DNA from: Bacteroidales bacterium
Lineage (GTDB): Bacteria > Bacteroidota > Bacteroidia > Bacteroidales > UBA4181
NCBI GenBank assembly: GCA_031271175.1
Contig: JAISWE010000190.1
Location: forward strand, 27-64,026
Length of the DNA: 64,000 bases
Reading direction: 5' to 3'
Part shown: piece by piece, positions 33,326 through 42,720 of the stretch
Layout of the letters: every line of letters starts with the position of its first letter
Position numbering within the stretch: position 1 is the stretch's first letter
Notes under the pieces: model-generated
The model's database searches: none
What the model was told of the DNA's origin: nothing
The model's input: the letters and a program-made list of their open reading frames with translations, nothing else
Position numbers and translations under genes: made by a program

Positions 33326-34543
33326 ATGAAAAAAGGTATGAAAAAAGTATGGATCATCGCTGCAGGCGTCCTCTTGTGGGCGGGATATGCCTGCAATCAT
33401 CGGGACGAAGCGGCGCAGGACGACGCCGGCGCGCCGGCGCCCCTGAGCGGGAACGTAAACGTGACCAATTTCCCCGGAGGCGCTATTCTGCAATACGAAT
33501 TGCCCAACGACCCCAATGTGCTCTACATACAGGCCGAATATGAAATCCGGCCGGGCGTGCTTCATCGCACCAAAGTGTCGTTTTATTGCGATACGATACG
33601 CGTGGACGGTTTCGGCGCCGTCGGGCGCTATCCGGTAAACCTCTATTGTGTAGGCAGGAACGGGAAAAAATCGGACCCCAGGGTGGAGTTTGTCGAACCC
33701 GAAACACCCCCGGTAGCGCTGGCTTTCGCCGGCCTGTCGGTGGTAGAAGCCTTCGCCGGGGTGAGGGTGTTTTTCCGTAACGAAGCCGAAGCAGGGTTAA
33801 CCATCGAAGTGTTGATCGATTCGCTCGGAACGGGCATTTGGGAACCTTTGGACAATTTTCCCACCAAGCAGCCGGAAGGTTCTTTCCTTGTGGGAGGCTT
33901 GGAAAGTAAGGAACAGCATGTAGCCGTTTACGTACGCGACCGGTGGGGCAACAAATCGGATACTTTGGAAGCGTGGGTGACCCCCCGCTTTCAGGAGCAT
34001 ATCCCCAAACCTTACGCCCCTTACCATCTCCTTTCCGATGTCGACGAGCCTCTCGACAACAAGGATGAATTTAAAATCAATTCCCTGTGGGACAACCAAT
34101 ACTATGTCTTTTACGCGAAAGTAGCTCCTTTTCCCCGTACTTTCACTATCGACTTGCAGGTGAGCGCTATTCTGAACAGCATCAATATCAAGCACTGGGA
34201 CCTTGTCGGCGCCATGTACGCGAGCGTATGTCTGAAAATATTTGAAGTCTGGGGATCCAATGTACCCGCTCCCAAAGACGACCTGTGGGGCGGCGACTGG
34301 GTACAGCTCGGTATTTTTGAAACCATTAAGCCGTCGGGGAAAGACGGGCCGGTGACGGCCGAAGACCACGAATACGGCTGGACCAAAGGCGACACTCACG
34401 AGATTGTTCCCTTTGAAGGCAACAGCAACCCGTATGTCCCTGTGCGTTATGTCCGTTTCCGCGTACTGGAAACCTTCGGGAGTTCGATAACCGGAACCCT
34501 TGCCGAACGTGAAATGGACTTTTACGGTCAAATCCAACGATAA
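33326..34543 (+). CDS. PUL-associated surface lipoprotein, DUF4959/DUF5126/DUF5000-like with discoidin-like C-terminal domain
   Basis: Lipobox WAGYAC. The position after susD, the ~400-aa size and the C-terminal galactose-binding-like segment fit this family. The DUF names come from memory of the typical architecture. Confidence 0.5.
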   Translation: MKKGMKKVWIIAAGVLLWAGYACNHRDEAAQDDAGAPAPLSGNVNVTNFPGGAILQYELPNDPNVLYIQAEYEIRPGVLHRTKVSFYCDTIRVDGFGAVGRYPVNLYCVGRNGKKSDPRVEFVEPETPPVALAFAGLSVVEAFAGVRVFFRNEAEAGLTIEVLIDSLGTGIWEPLDNFPTKQPEGSFLVGGLESKEQHVAVYVRDRWGNKSDTLEAWVTPRFQEHIPKPYAPYHLLSDVDEPLDNKDEFKINSLWDNQYYVFYAKVAPFPRTFTIDLQVSAILNSINIKHWDLVGAMYASVCLKIFEVWGSNVPAPKDDLWGGDWVQLGIFETIKPSGKDGPVTAEDHEYGWTKGDTHEIVPFEGNSNPYVPVRYVRFRVLETFGSSITGTLAEREMDFYGQIQR

Positions 34544-34595
34544 AACAGCATTAAAAAATAAACCTTTTCAATAGTTACCCTAAAAAAATAATAAA

Positions 34596-35285
34596 ATGAA
34601 ACGTTATATCATCATCATCGCTTTAGGCGTCTTTGTTGGTGCGGGAATGTTTTCCTGTGCCGAGATGGACGATCCCTATCGAGAACTGATCGTCCCCAAC
34701 GGTATTTTCTATCCGGCCAAGGTGAGGGAGGCCAAAGTAAAGCCCGGTTTCTACCGCGCCGCGATAGACCTGATGCCCAACGCCGATCTGAGCGTAGTAA
34801 AAGCCCGCATCTACTGGAACAATTATACCGAGTGGGCGGAATTTGACATACCGGCGGGAGCGGATTCGGTGCGGTGCGAAGTGGACAGCCTGTCCGAAAC
34901 CACCTATACCTTTATGATCCACACCCGCGACATCAACGGCAACGAATCGGTGCCGACAGAAGCAAGCGGAAGCGTTTACGGCGACTTGTATGCCGGCATG
35001 CTCTATCCGCGAAGCGTTGCCTCATCCGTACTCACCGGCCAGCAACTGGCCATCACCTGGCAGGATGCGCAGGGAGCCACGATGCTCTATTCCACCGTAT
35101 CCTATACGGATCATACCAATCCTTCCGCGCCTGTCAGGAAGAACTATCGCGTCCAAAACACGCAGTCCACCACGATCCTTACGGGCGTCAAGAGCGGCGA
35201 ATCGTTCAGCGTGGTTTCCGTGTTCCTGCCCGAAAAAGGCCTCGACCCTGTGGAAAGCAGAGCCGTAAGCTACCACAGTGAATAG
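34596..35285 (+). CDS. PUL-associated lipoprotein, DUF4998-like (tentative)
   Basis: 229 aa with lipobox GMFSC. Its position after a DUF4959-like gene fits. It looks beta-sandwich-like. Confidence 0.4.
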   Translation: MKRYIIIIALGVFVGAGMFSCAEMDDPYRELIVPNGIFYPAKVREAKVKPGFYRAAIDLMPNADLSVVKARIYWNNYTEWAEFDIPAGADSVRCEVDSLSETTYTFMIHTRDINGNESVPTEASGSVYGDLYAGMLYPRSVASSVLTGQQLAITWQDAQGATMLYSTVSYTDHTNPSAPVRKNYRVQNTQSTTILTGVKSGESFSVVSVFLPEKGLDPVESRAVSYHSE

Positions 35286-35391
35286 TGTATATCAATAATT
35301 CTAAATATCAATAATTCTATTTTTTAATTTAATTTTTTTAATTTTTTTTAATTTTTTTTAATTCTATTTTTTAATTTAATTTTTTTTTAAT
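35286..35391. repeat. extremely AT-rich repeat block with T7-T9 tracts directly upstream of the Big_2 gene
   Basis: tatcaataattcta occurs twice and attctattttttaatttaattttttt twice, plus repeated taattttttt units. The block ends at the ATG at 35392. Confidence 0.8.
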
Positions 35392-36951
35392 ATGAAAACA
35401 TCAATATCTATTAGAAAAGTGGCTGTTACCCTATTGATCGGTGTAATGGCAATGGCGTCCTGTAAGAAGGACGAAGAAGTAGCAGTAAGTGGCATTACGC
35501 TAAACAAAAGCGCCCTGCCGCTTGTAGTAGGGACGCAAGAGAAGCTCACTGCTACCGTGACACCTCAAAACGCAAGCCATGCGGAGGTGAGTTGGAGCAG
35601 CGATAATCCCGAGATCGCTAGCGTTACTGCCGGCACGGTGAAAGCGGTGAAAGCCGGTAGCGCCGTCGTTACGGCTGCCGCAGGCGGCAAAAGCGCCACC
35701 TGTACGGTGACCGTTACTAATGCCGTTGTGGCTGTTACCGGCGTTACCGTGACGCCGGTAAGCAAGGAACTGACCGTCGGCGAAGTCTTCACGCTCGAAG
35801 CCGTCGTAGCTCCCGACAATGCCACCAATCCTGCCGTAAGCTGGAGCAGCAACAATACGGATGCAGCCACAGTGAACCCTGCTACCGGTGAAATAAGCGC
35901 AGAGGCTGCCGGAACGGCTGTGATTACCGCCACTACGGCCGACGGCGGAAAAACGGCGTCCTGCACCGTTACCGTCAACGACCCGGCCATTATGGTTACG
36001 GATGTGGCGGTATATCCCGAAAACTATGAACTGGTAATGGGAGAAACATTTACGCCTGTGGCAACCGTGTATCCTGCCGAAGCCAGCAATAAAACCGTAA
36101 CATGGAGCAGCGACAATACGGATGCAGCCACAGTGAACCCCGCTACCGGCGAAGTGACGCCCGTAGCCCCCGGAACGGCTGAGATTATCGCCACCACAGA
36201 GGACGGCGGAAAAACGGAGTCCTGCACCGTTACCGTGATCAACGTCAAGGTGGAAAGCGTTGCGCTGGACCTGACGGAAAAAACAGTCAATATGGACGCT
36301 GACCCACAGACATTTTCGCTCACAGCGACCGTCTCGCCGACGCAAGCCGACCCAACGGTAACATGGAGCAGCGACCATCCCAAATTGGTATCGGTGGATG
36401 AAACAAGCGGGCTGATCACCGTTCACGCCCCGGGCGAAGCGATCATCACCGCTACGGCAGGCAACAACAAAACAGCCACCTGTACGGTCAACGTAACCAA
36501 AAGCAGCGGACGAAGCTCATGGACGATAGCCGGCTTTTCCTCTGAAAATGGTATCTACACACCGGCAGATGCCGTTCTGGCGGCGGACTTCAGCTCATTT
36601 GGTCATGCATGGTACACGTCATTCGGAGCATCCTTTCCGCAATGGATTGCTATTAACATGGCGCAACCGCAGATTATTTCCGGTATTGTGCTGTATAATG
36701 CAACTTCAGATCCCACAGTACAGTGGCCTGGAAATGTCAGCATAGAAACCAGTAATGACAATAGCACATGGGATAAGCATGTAGACAATATAGCCATCCC
36801 AACCAGTAATGTGGCGGGCTACGACAACATAGTAAGGATTCCTTTGCCTGAGCCGGTGACAGCCCAGTATTTCAAGCTAACCATACATAGCTGCCAGCCT
36901 AATGGTGGCGGGCATACCAGCGTTTCAAGGTTAAAAATATTCGGGGATTGA
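35392..36951 (+). CDS. surface lipoprotein with four Big_2 (bacterial Ig-like) repeats and a C-terminal F5/8 type C (discoidin)-like domain
   Basis: Lipobox MASC. There are four ~85-aa repeats ending ..GGKxAxCTVTV. The C-terminus contains QWIAINM...YFKLTIHS. Confidence 0.75.
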   Translation: MKTSISIRKVAVTLLIGVMAMASCKKDEEVAVSGITLNKSALPLVVGTQEKLTATVTPQNASHAEVSWSSDNPEIASVTAGTVKAVKAGSAVVTAAAGGKSATCTVTVTNAVVAVTGVTVTPVSKELTVGEVFTLEAVVAPDNATNPAVSWSSNNTDAATVNPATGEISAEAAGTAVITATTADGGKTASCTVTVNDPAIMVTDVAVYPENYELVMGETFTPVATVYPAEASNKTVTWSSDNTDAATVNPATGEVTPVAPGTAEIIATTEDGGKTESCTVTVINVKVESVALDLTEKTVNMDADPQTFSLTATVSPTQADPTVTWSSDHPKLVSVDETSGLITVHAPGEAIITATAGNNKTATCTVNVTKSSGRSSWTIAGFSSENGIYTPADAVLAADFSSFGHAWYTSFGASFPQWIAINMAQPQIISGIVLYNATSDPTVQWPGNVSIETSNDNSTWDKHVDNIAIPTSNVAGYDNIVRIPLPEPVTAQYFKLTIHSCQPNGGGHTSVSRLKIFGD

Positions 36952-37078
36952 TCATAAACCCTCCAACGGCGATACCACCTCCGGCAGGCGACAAATCCTG
37001 CCGGAGGAAACCGTCGGAAATGATTGATAATTCATCCTTCATATCATGCAAAATATCATTTCAATTTTATTCAAGTAT

Positions 37079-39538
37079 ATGAAAGCAATCGCTTTTCTTT
37101 GTCTTTTTTGCCTGTTGGCCGTGCCGCGGGCTTATTCCCAAACTGTCCCGCCGTTAGATGTGAAGCCCGACACATGGCATGCCGTGGATGGCCTGGGACG
37201 GACATTGTCCACCTACGATGCGGGCGATGCCGATTATTACAGCGCCAACGGGGTGGGCAGCCCAAAAAACAGATACGTCGGTATCTACTATTTTACCGCG
37301 CAGGGGTATCATTCCACCTACACATGGCCGTACAACATTACCGAACGGCTGAACTCCGTTTCGCCGGAAGTGGCGGCAGCGGCTACGCATGATTATTACC
37401 ACAGCCTGTGGCAAACAGACCAAGCGCCCAGCTGGATATGGGACGAGCCGGTGTTTGGCTATTACTCCACCAACGACGCTTTCGTCCTCCGCAAACATGC
37501 GGAATTGCTGGCAGATGCCGGAGTGGACGTCATCTTTTTCGACTGCACGGTGGGATTAACCACCACGGCCTCCTACAAGGATGTTTTTAACGCCTTTTCC
37601 GCGGCGCAGCAGGACGGAGTCCGCGTGCCGAAAATCGCTTTTATGCTGCCGATGGGCGACCTTGTGAGCAATGTGACGTACCTGAGGCAACTGTGGGACG
37701 AAATGTACAGCACAGGACTTCACCAGGATTTGTGGTTCTACTGGAAAAATAAACCGTTGATACTGGCGTACGACAATAATTTGCGGAGTTCCTCAGACCC
37801 GATCGATCAGCAGATTCTCAATTTCTTTACCTTTCGGAAAGGCGAGGGCATGCCATGGGTGGTGGGGGAGACATTCATGGGTACAACCCCCATCACCCCG
37901 ATGTGGGACTGGCTGTGCCCCTATCCGACGCCCAAACGCTACATCGACGGCAATCTGGAGGAAATGTCGGTGAGCGTGGCGCAAAACCTCGACGTGGTAA
38001 GCCGCACTCCCGCGGCCATGAACGGAACGGGCTACAATGGCGTAATCGTTGGCGGACGCAGCTATTCGAAAGGCAACTACAGCTATTCGTTCAACTCGGC
38101 GGGCGCCAAAATAACCGCCTCTTCCGCCATGCAGCAGTCCGAACTGTACGGCATCAACTTCCAGCAACAATGGGATTATGCCCGCAATGCCGGCCCCGAT
38201 TTCATCTTTGTCACCGGATGGAACGAATGGGCGGTAGGACGCTACCAAAATTTTGCAGGAATACCCAATGGCTTTCCCGACCAGTACAATACGGAATACA
38301 GCAGGGATGCGGAGCCTTCGGCCGGGATTTTGAAAGACCACTATTATTACCAGTTGACGGAAAACATCCGCCGTTTCAAGGGAGTGAGCCGGCCGGAGCC
38401 GGCGGATGTCATGAAAACCGTCAATATCAGGGGCGACCTGTCGCAATGGAACGATGTACCGTCCTTCGACCATTACCTGAGAAGCACGCAGGAGCGGTCA
38501 AGAGGCGGATATCAGGGGACGCTCTATGTAAATCATACCATGCGGAACGACATCATTCGCGCAAAAGTAACCTACGATGCGGAAAACCTCTATTTCTACG
38601 TCCAAACAGCCGGTAACCTCACCGCTTACACAGACCCCGCATGGATGCGGCTGTTCCTGGATACCGACTTTACCGGAACCGTCGATCACTGGGAAGGCTT
38701 TGAATACGTGATCAACCGTCCCAGCCCGTCGGCTACAAAAGTGACGGTGGAACGCTCCACAGGCGTGGCACAGGGCGTGTGGCAGTGGGAAACCGTGGGA
38801 ACGGCGGACTACGTCAGAACCGCAAAAGCGCTCCAGATAGCAGTGCCGAGAGCGATGCTCGGACTGAACAAAAAAGACATCACTTTCAACTTCAAATGGT
38901 CGGACAACATGCAGAACGAGGGCGACATCCTGGATTTCTACCGCTATGGCGACGTGGCGCCGGGAGGACGGTTTACTTTTCATTTTTCCGCCCAGGACGC
39001 CGGCGTGCAGAGCGCAGAACTGAAAAATATCTCCGTAAGCGAGGGTACGCTGCTGCCGCTTTTTAGCCCGAATGTCACCGAATACGAGTTGATCCTCCCT
39101 TCATGGGTGAAAAAGCTGACCCTGACAGGCATCCCCGAACAGGCCAATGCCACTGTCACCGGTAATATCACCGAGCAGTCCGTTGCCGCCGGAGGAGTCA
39201 TTCACCTGACCGTTATATCCGCAGACAACAGCCTGACTAAAACCTACACCATCACGGTGGGCGGAACTTCAACCGGCATGGCCGATGCGGAAAAACAGAC
39301 CGTCAAACTCTATCCGAATCCCCTGGGCGGAAATCAAATCCTGCACCTGGAATTAGACCGACATTACGAACAGGTGCATGTAAAAGTGTATAATACGGCG
39401 GGAATCCTGCTGGCAGACTACCGCTCGCAGGGGCAACGGATAGACCTGTCCCTGGCCTCTTTCGCCAAGGGCGTATATCCTGTATCGGTTGTGCTGAACG
39501 AAAAGAAATTAATGACAAGTAAAGTAGTCATTGAATGA
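37079..39538 (+). CDS. secreted glycoside-hydrolase-like protein with cadherin-like beta-sandwich and T9SS C-terminal sorting domain
   Basis: Signal peptide MKAIAFLCLFCLLAVPRAYSQ. The N-terminal ~600 aa are paralogous to 50946-52979 (DTWHAVDGLGR / RYVGIYYF / AELLADAGVDVIFFD / FKWSDNMQNEGDILDF). LKNISVSEGTLLPLFSPNVTEYEL is the cadherin-like part. The C-terminal VKLYPNP...KVVIE is a Por_Secre_tail-type domain. I could not assign a GH family by eye. Confidence 0.6.
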   Translation: MKAIAFLCLFCLLAVPRAYSQTVPPLDVKPDTWHAVDGLGRTLSTYDAGDADYYSANGVGSPKNRYVGIYYFTAQGYHSTYTWPYNITERLNSVSPEVAAAATHDYYHSLWQTDQAPSWIWDEPVFGYYSTNDAFVLRKHAELLADAGVDVIFFDCTVGLTTTASYKDVFNAFSAAQQDGVRVPKIAFMLPMGDLVSNVTYLRQLWDEMYSTGLHQDLWFYWKNKPLILAYDNNLRSSSDPIDQQILNFFTFRKGEGMPWVVGETFMGTTPITPMWDWLCPYPTPKRYIDGNLEEMSVSVAQNLDVVSRTPAAMNGTGYNGVIVGGRSYSKGNYSYSFNSAGAKITASSAMQQSELYGINFQQQWDYARNAGPDFIFVTGWNEWAVGRYQNFAGIPNGFPDQYNTEYSRDAEPSAGILKDHYYYQLTENIRRFKGVSRPEPADVMKTVNIRGDLSQWNDVPSFDHYLRSTQERSRGGYQGTLYVNHTMRNDIIRAKVTYDAENLYFYVQTAGNLTAYTDPAWMRLFLDTDFTGTVDHWEGFEYVINRPSPSATKVTVERSTGVAQGVWQWETVGTADYVRTAKALQIAVPRAMLGLNKKDITFNFKWSDNMQNEGDILDFYRYGDVAPGGRFTFHFSAQDAGVQSAELKNISVSEGTLLPLFSPNVTEYELILPSWVKKLTLTGIPEQANATVTGNITEQSVAAGGVIHLTVISADNSLTKTYTITVGGTSTGMADAEKQTVKLYPNPLGGNQILHLELDRHYEQVHVKVYNTAGILLADYRSQGQRIDLSLASFAKGVYPVSVVLNEKKLMTSKVVIE

Positions 39539-39697
39539 AAACAAATAGACGCTTTCATCCGTATCACGCACAATGCCTAACCTGCTGGATCCGGGCAACG
39601 GCAGTATCGCAAAGCCGGATACTTACCGCTTCCGGATACATCCGTATTCCGCAGTATTTGTCTCGGTAATCGGCGCACAATAATACGATCAAAAGCA

Positions 39698-40450
39698 TCA
39701 CATGATGCTTTTGATTTTCCTGCCCATTCCGGAGGCGAATACAAAATTGTCGAGATGTTGGTTTTGACTATGGAGAATGTCGTCTTTTGTACCTTCCCAC
39801 TCAATATGTCCTTCATGGATATAGGTGACCTTTTCGCCGATTTCGAGTACGGAGTTCATGTCGTGGGTGTTGATGATGGTAGTCATGTTGTATTCTTCCG
39901 TGATTTCCTTAATAAGATTGTCTATCACGATAGACGTCTGCGGATCAAGTCCCGAATTAGGTTCATCGCAGAGGAGATATTTCGGATTTAGCGATATGGC
40001 GCGGGCTATCGCTACCCGTTTCTTCATACCTCCGCTCAATTCCGCAGGCGACAGATGGTTGACGTTTTCCAGATTAACGCGATTCAGGCAGAAATTCACT
40101 CTTTCCCGCTTGCCCTGCAAATCCATGTCGGAGAACATGTCCAGCGGAAACATCACGTTCTGCTCCACGTTCATCGAATCGAACAGGGCGCTACCCTGAA
40201 AAATCATTCCGATTTGCCGGCGTATTTCTTTTTGTCCATAGAAATCCAGTTTATTGAAGACAATATTGTCGAACAGTATTTCTCCCTGAGTCACTTGCAG
40301 CAGCCCGACGATGGATTTCAGCAGGACGGTTTTGCCGGATCCGCTTCTTCCGATGATCAGATTGGTCTTTCCGCGGGCAAAAACCGCAGATATGTGGTCG
40401 AGTACCGTTTTATTGCCGAACGACATCACAATATCTTTCACTTCTATCAT
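39698..40450 (-). CDS. ABC transporter ATP-binding protein, MlaF-like
   Basis: The start was set at ATG 40450, overlapping the permease stop. Walker A is GRSGSGKT, the signature is LSGGMKKR and Walker B is LLCDEP. Confidence 0.8.
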   Translation of the reverse strand: MIEVKDIVMSFGNKTVLDHISAVFARGKTNLIIGRSGSGKTVLLKSIVGLLQVTQGEILFDNIVFNKLDFYGQKEIRRQIGMIFQGSALFDSMNVEQNVMFPLDMFSDMDLQGKRERVNFCLNRVNLENVNHLSPAELSGGMKKRVAIARAISLNPKYLLCDEPNSGLDPQTSIVIDNLIKEITEEYNMTTIINTHDMNSVLEIGEKVTYIHEGHIEWEGTKDDILHSQNQHLDNFVFASGMGRKIKSIM

Positions 40451-41187
40451 GACAGTAGCAGTTGAGTTATGATAACATCCACCGACAGGATCAGTATGCT
40501 GCAATATACAACCGAACGGGTGCTGGCCTTGCCCACCTCAAGCGATCCTCCTTCCACATAATAGCCGTGATACGCCGGTACGGTAGAAATGATAAAAGCG
40601 TATATCATCATTTTAACGCAGGAATAGAAGATGTAATAAGGGATGAAAGCATACCGGATGCCTGAAATATAGTCTTCCGGGGTAATGACATTCAGGAGGA
40701 TACATACCATCCAGCCGCCGATTACGCCGATAACCATGCTCAAAATGGTGAGAATGGGGAAAAAGAATACGTTGGCAATGATTTTGGGAAGGATGAGATA
40801 GCCTGCGGAATTGACGCCCATGATTTCCAGCGCATCGATTTGTTCGGTGACGCGCATGGTGCCGATTTCCGATGAAATGCTCGATCCCACTTTTCCGGCA
40901 AGAATCAGCGCTATCATAGTGGAGGCAAATTCCAGCAGCATGGTATCGCGTGCAGTCAGTCCTACCATGTAGCGGGGTATAAACGGATTTTCAATGTTAT
41001 AGGCGGTCTGCATGGTGATCACCGCACCGATGAAGACCGATACCAGAGCGACAATCCCCAGCGAATTTAATCCCAGCAATTCTATCTCCCTGAGTGTTTT
41101 ACGATAGTAGATGGAGAACTTTTCCGGTCGGGAAAAGATTTTTCCCACCAGCAAGTAATATTTTCCAAAATGGTATAAAAATTTCAC
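40447..41187 (-). CDS. ABC transporter permease, MlaE-like
   Basis: 246 aa and multi-TM, with GTMRVTEQIDALEIMG typical of the MlaE/YrbE family. Confidence 0.75.
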   Translation of the reverse strand: MKFLYHFGKYYLLVGKIFSRPEKFSIYYRKTLREIELLGLNSLGIVALVSVFIGAVITMQTAYNIENPFIPRYMVGLTARDTMLLEFASTMIALILAGKVGSSISSEIGTMRVTEQIDALEIMGVNSAGYLILPKIIANVFFFPILTILSMVIGVIGGWMVCILLNVITPEDYISGIRYAFIPYYIFYSCVKMMIYAFIISTVPAYHGYYVEGGSLEVGKASTRSVVYCSILILSVDVIITQLLLS

Positions 41188-41217
41188 TTTGCGGAAATGG
41201 CTATTTATGATTGTTTT

Positions 41218-41766
41218 TCAAAGAAAGCTTGTTATTTCTTCGCTAAGAGGTTTTACGCCCGAAGAGAAGAATTGCAGCAGATTCCCTTTGCTGTCGATCA
41301 GATACTTACAGAAGTTCCATTTCGGTTCTTTCGTGTTCCATCCGTTTTTGGATTTGTCTGTCAGCCATTGATACACTGCGTTTTTGTGTTTCCCCTTGAC
41401 AGACGACTTTTCCATCATCAGAAAGCGGACGCCATAATTTTCGCTGCAAAAGAGCGCTATTTCCCCGTTGGTACCGGGTTCCTGTTTTCCAAAGTCGTTG
41501 CTCGGAAATCCGATCACTACCAATTTGCCTTCGTATTGTTCCGAAAGTCGTTGCAAATCGGCATATTGAGAAGTATAACCGCATTTGGACGCCGTATTGA
41601 CAATCAACACGTTCTTTCCTTTAAAATCGGAAAAATCGACTTTTGCCCCATCCAGTGCGACAAAACTCAACTGGTAAAAACCGGAAGATTTGCCTTCTTT
41701 GACCTGTGCTTCCGAAGGGTTAATATTCAACAACAAGATGAATATTAATAGCTTAAATGCTTTCAT
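41218..41766 (-). CDS. glutathione peroxidase family protein with signal peptide
   Basis: The start was set at ATG 41766 (MKAFKLLIFILLLN..). NVLIVNTASKCGYT...VIGFPSNDFGKQEPG is the GPx active-site region. Confidence 0.85.
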   Translation of the reverse strand: MKAFKLLIFILLLNINPSEAQVKEGKSSGFYQLSFVALDGAKVDFSDFKGKNVLIVNTASKCGYTSQYADLQRLSEQYEGKLVVIGFPSNDFGKQEPGTNGEIALFCSENYGVRFLMMEKSSVKGKHKNAVYQWLTDKSKNGWNTKEPKWNFCKYLIDSKGNLLQFFSSGVKPLSEEITSFL

Positions 41767-41837
41767 ACGTCCGTTATTTAGGATGAATTTAATGTCAAAG
41801 ATATTGAAAAATGGGCAAAATTGCAATTTTTTTTTAC

Positions 41838-41965
41838 GGAACACCCCCTGTTGTCATCTATTTCCTGTTTTTTCACTTTTTTCTGGTTGTTTTTAGATCG
41901 GTTTAATATCAATTAGTTACCAGAAAGTTTTTTGTTTTTTGGGTATCCCATTGAGGGAGACAGGA
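41838..41965. repeat. left copy of a ~100-125-bp direct repeat flanking the tandem array
   Basis: 41864-41965 aligns with 42371-42473 at roughly 85-90% identity by eye. ggaacaccccctgttgtcatctattt (41838-41863) recurs at 42475-42500. Confidence 0.8.
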
Positions 41966-41970
41966 GTCCC

Positions 41971-42369
41971 TTTGGGGAAAAGGTATATAGGTTTTGGGGA
42001 AAAGGTATATAGGTTTTAGGGGAAAGGTATATAGGTTTTAGGGAAAAGGTATATAGGTTTTGGGGAAAAGGTATATAGGTTTTAGGAAAAAGGTATATAG
42101 GTTTTAGGGAAAAGGTATATAGGTTTTAGGGAAAAGGTATATAGGTTTTAGGGAAAAGGTATATAGGTTTTAGGGAAAAGGTATATAGGTTTTAGGAAAA
42201 AGGTATATAGGTTTTAGGAAAAAGGTATATAGGTTTTAGGAAAAAGGTATATAGGTTTTGGGGAAAAGGTATATAGGTTTTGGGGAAAAGGTATATAGGT
42301 TTTAGGAAAAAGGTATATAGGTTTTGGGGAAAAGGTATATAGGTTTTAGGGGAAAGGTATATAGGTTTT
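41971..42369. repeat. 18 tandem copies of a 22-bp unit TTTT[GGGGAAAA/AGGGGAAA/AGGGAAAA/AGGAAAAA]GGTATATAGG
   Basis: I counted 18 ggtatatagg cores at strict 22-bp spacing. Only the 8-nt purine block varies, in four variants. There are no spacers, so this is not a CRISPR array. Confidence 0.95.
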
Positions 42370-42370
42370 T

Positions 42371-42500
42371 CCTGTTTTTCTCACTTTTTTCTCGTTGTTC
42401 TCAGATCAGTTTAATATCAATTAGCTACCAGAAAGTCTTTTGTCTTTTGGGTGTCCCATTGAGAAAAACAGGACGGAACACCTCTGTTGTCATCTATTTT
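42371..42500. repeat. right copy of the flanking direct repeat
   Basis: See 41838-41965. This copy is complete and ends in cggaacacctctgttgtcatctatttt. Confidence 0.8.
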
Positions 42501-42720
42501 GTTTATTTCGCATCCTTTACATGAACAGGGTACAAACGTCCATCTGTGCCAAAAACATGGAAAATTCCATATTTTTTTATGAAAATATACATTGTAAGAT
42601 ATAGCATAAGACCCGTTAAATTTTTCTAATTTTGTGCCAAAATTATATTTGGTATGAAACAATGCCTTTCAGGCCATCTTTATACCTTATTTATTTGCAT
42701 CACTATATCGGTAATTAAAA

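Noticed and set aside
41971-42369. The tandem array considered as a CRISPR locus.
   Set aside because: The units are contiguous 22-mers with no unique spacers. There is no palindromic CRISPR-type repeat and no cas gene in the window.
42631-42651. Possible Bacteroidota promoter for the glsB-like gene (TATATTTG at 42644-42651).
   Set aside because: The -7 box is good, but the only TTTG upstream is 9 nt away rather than 19-21 nt. It was therefore not listed as a supported promoter.
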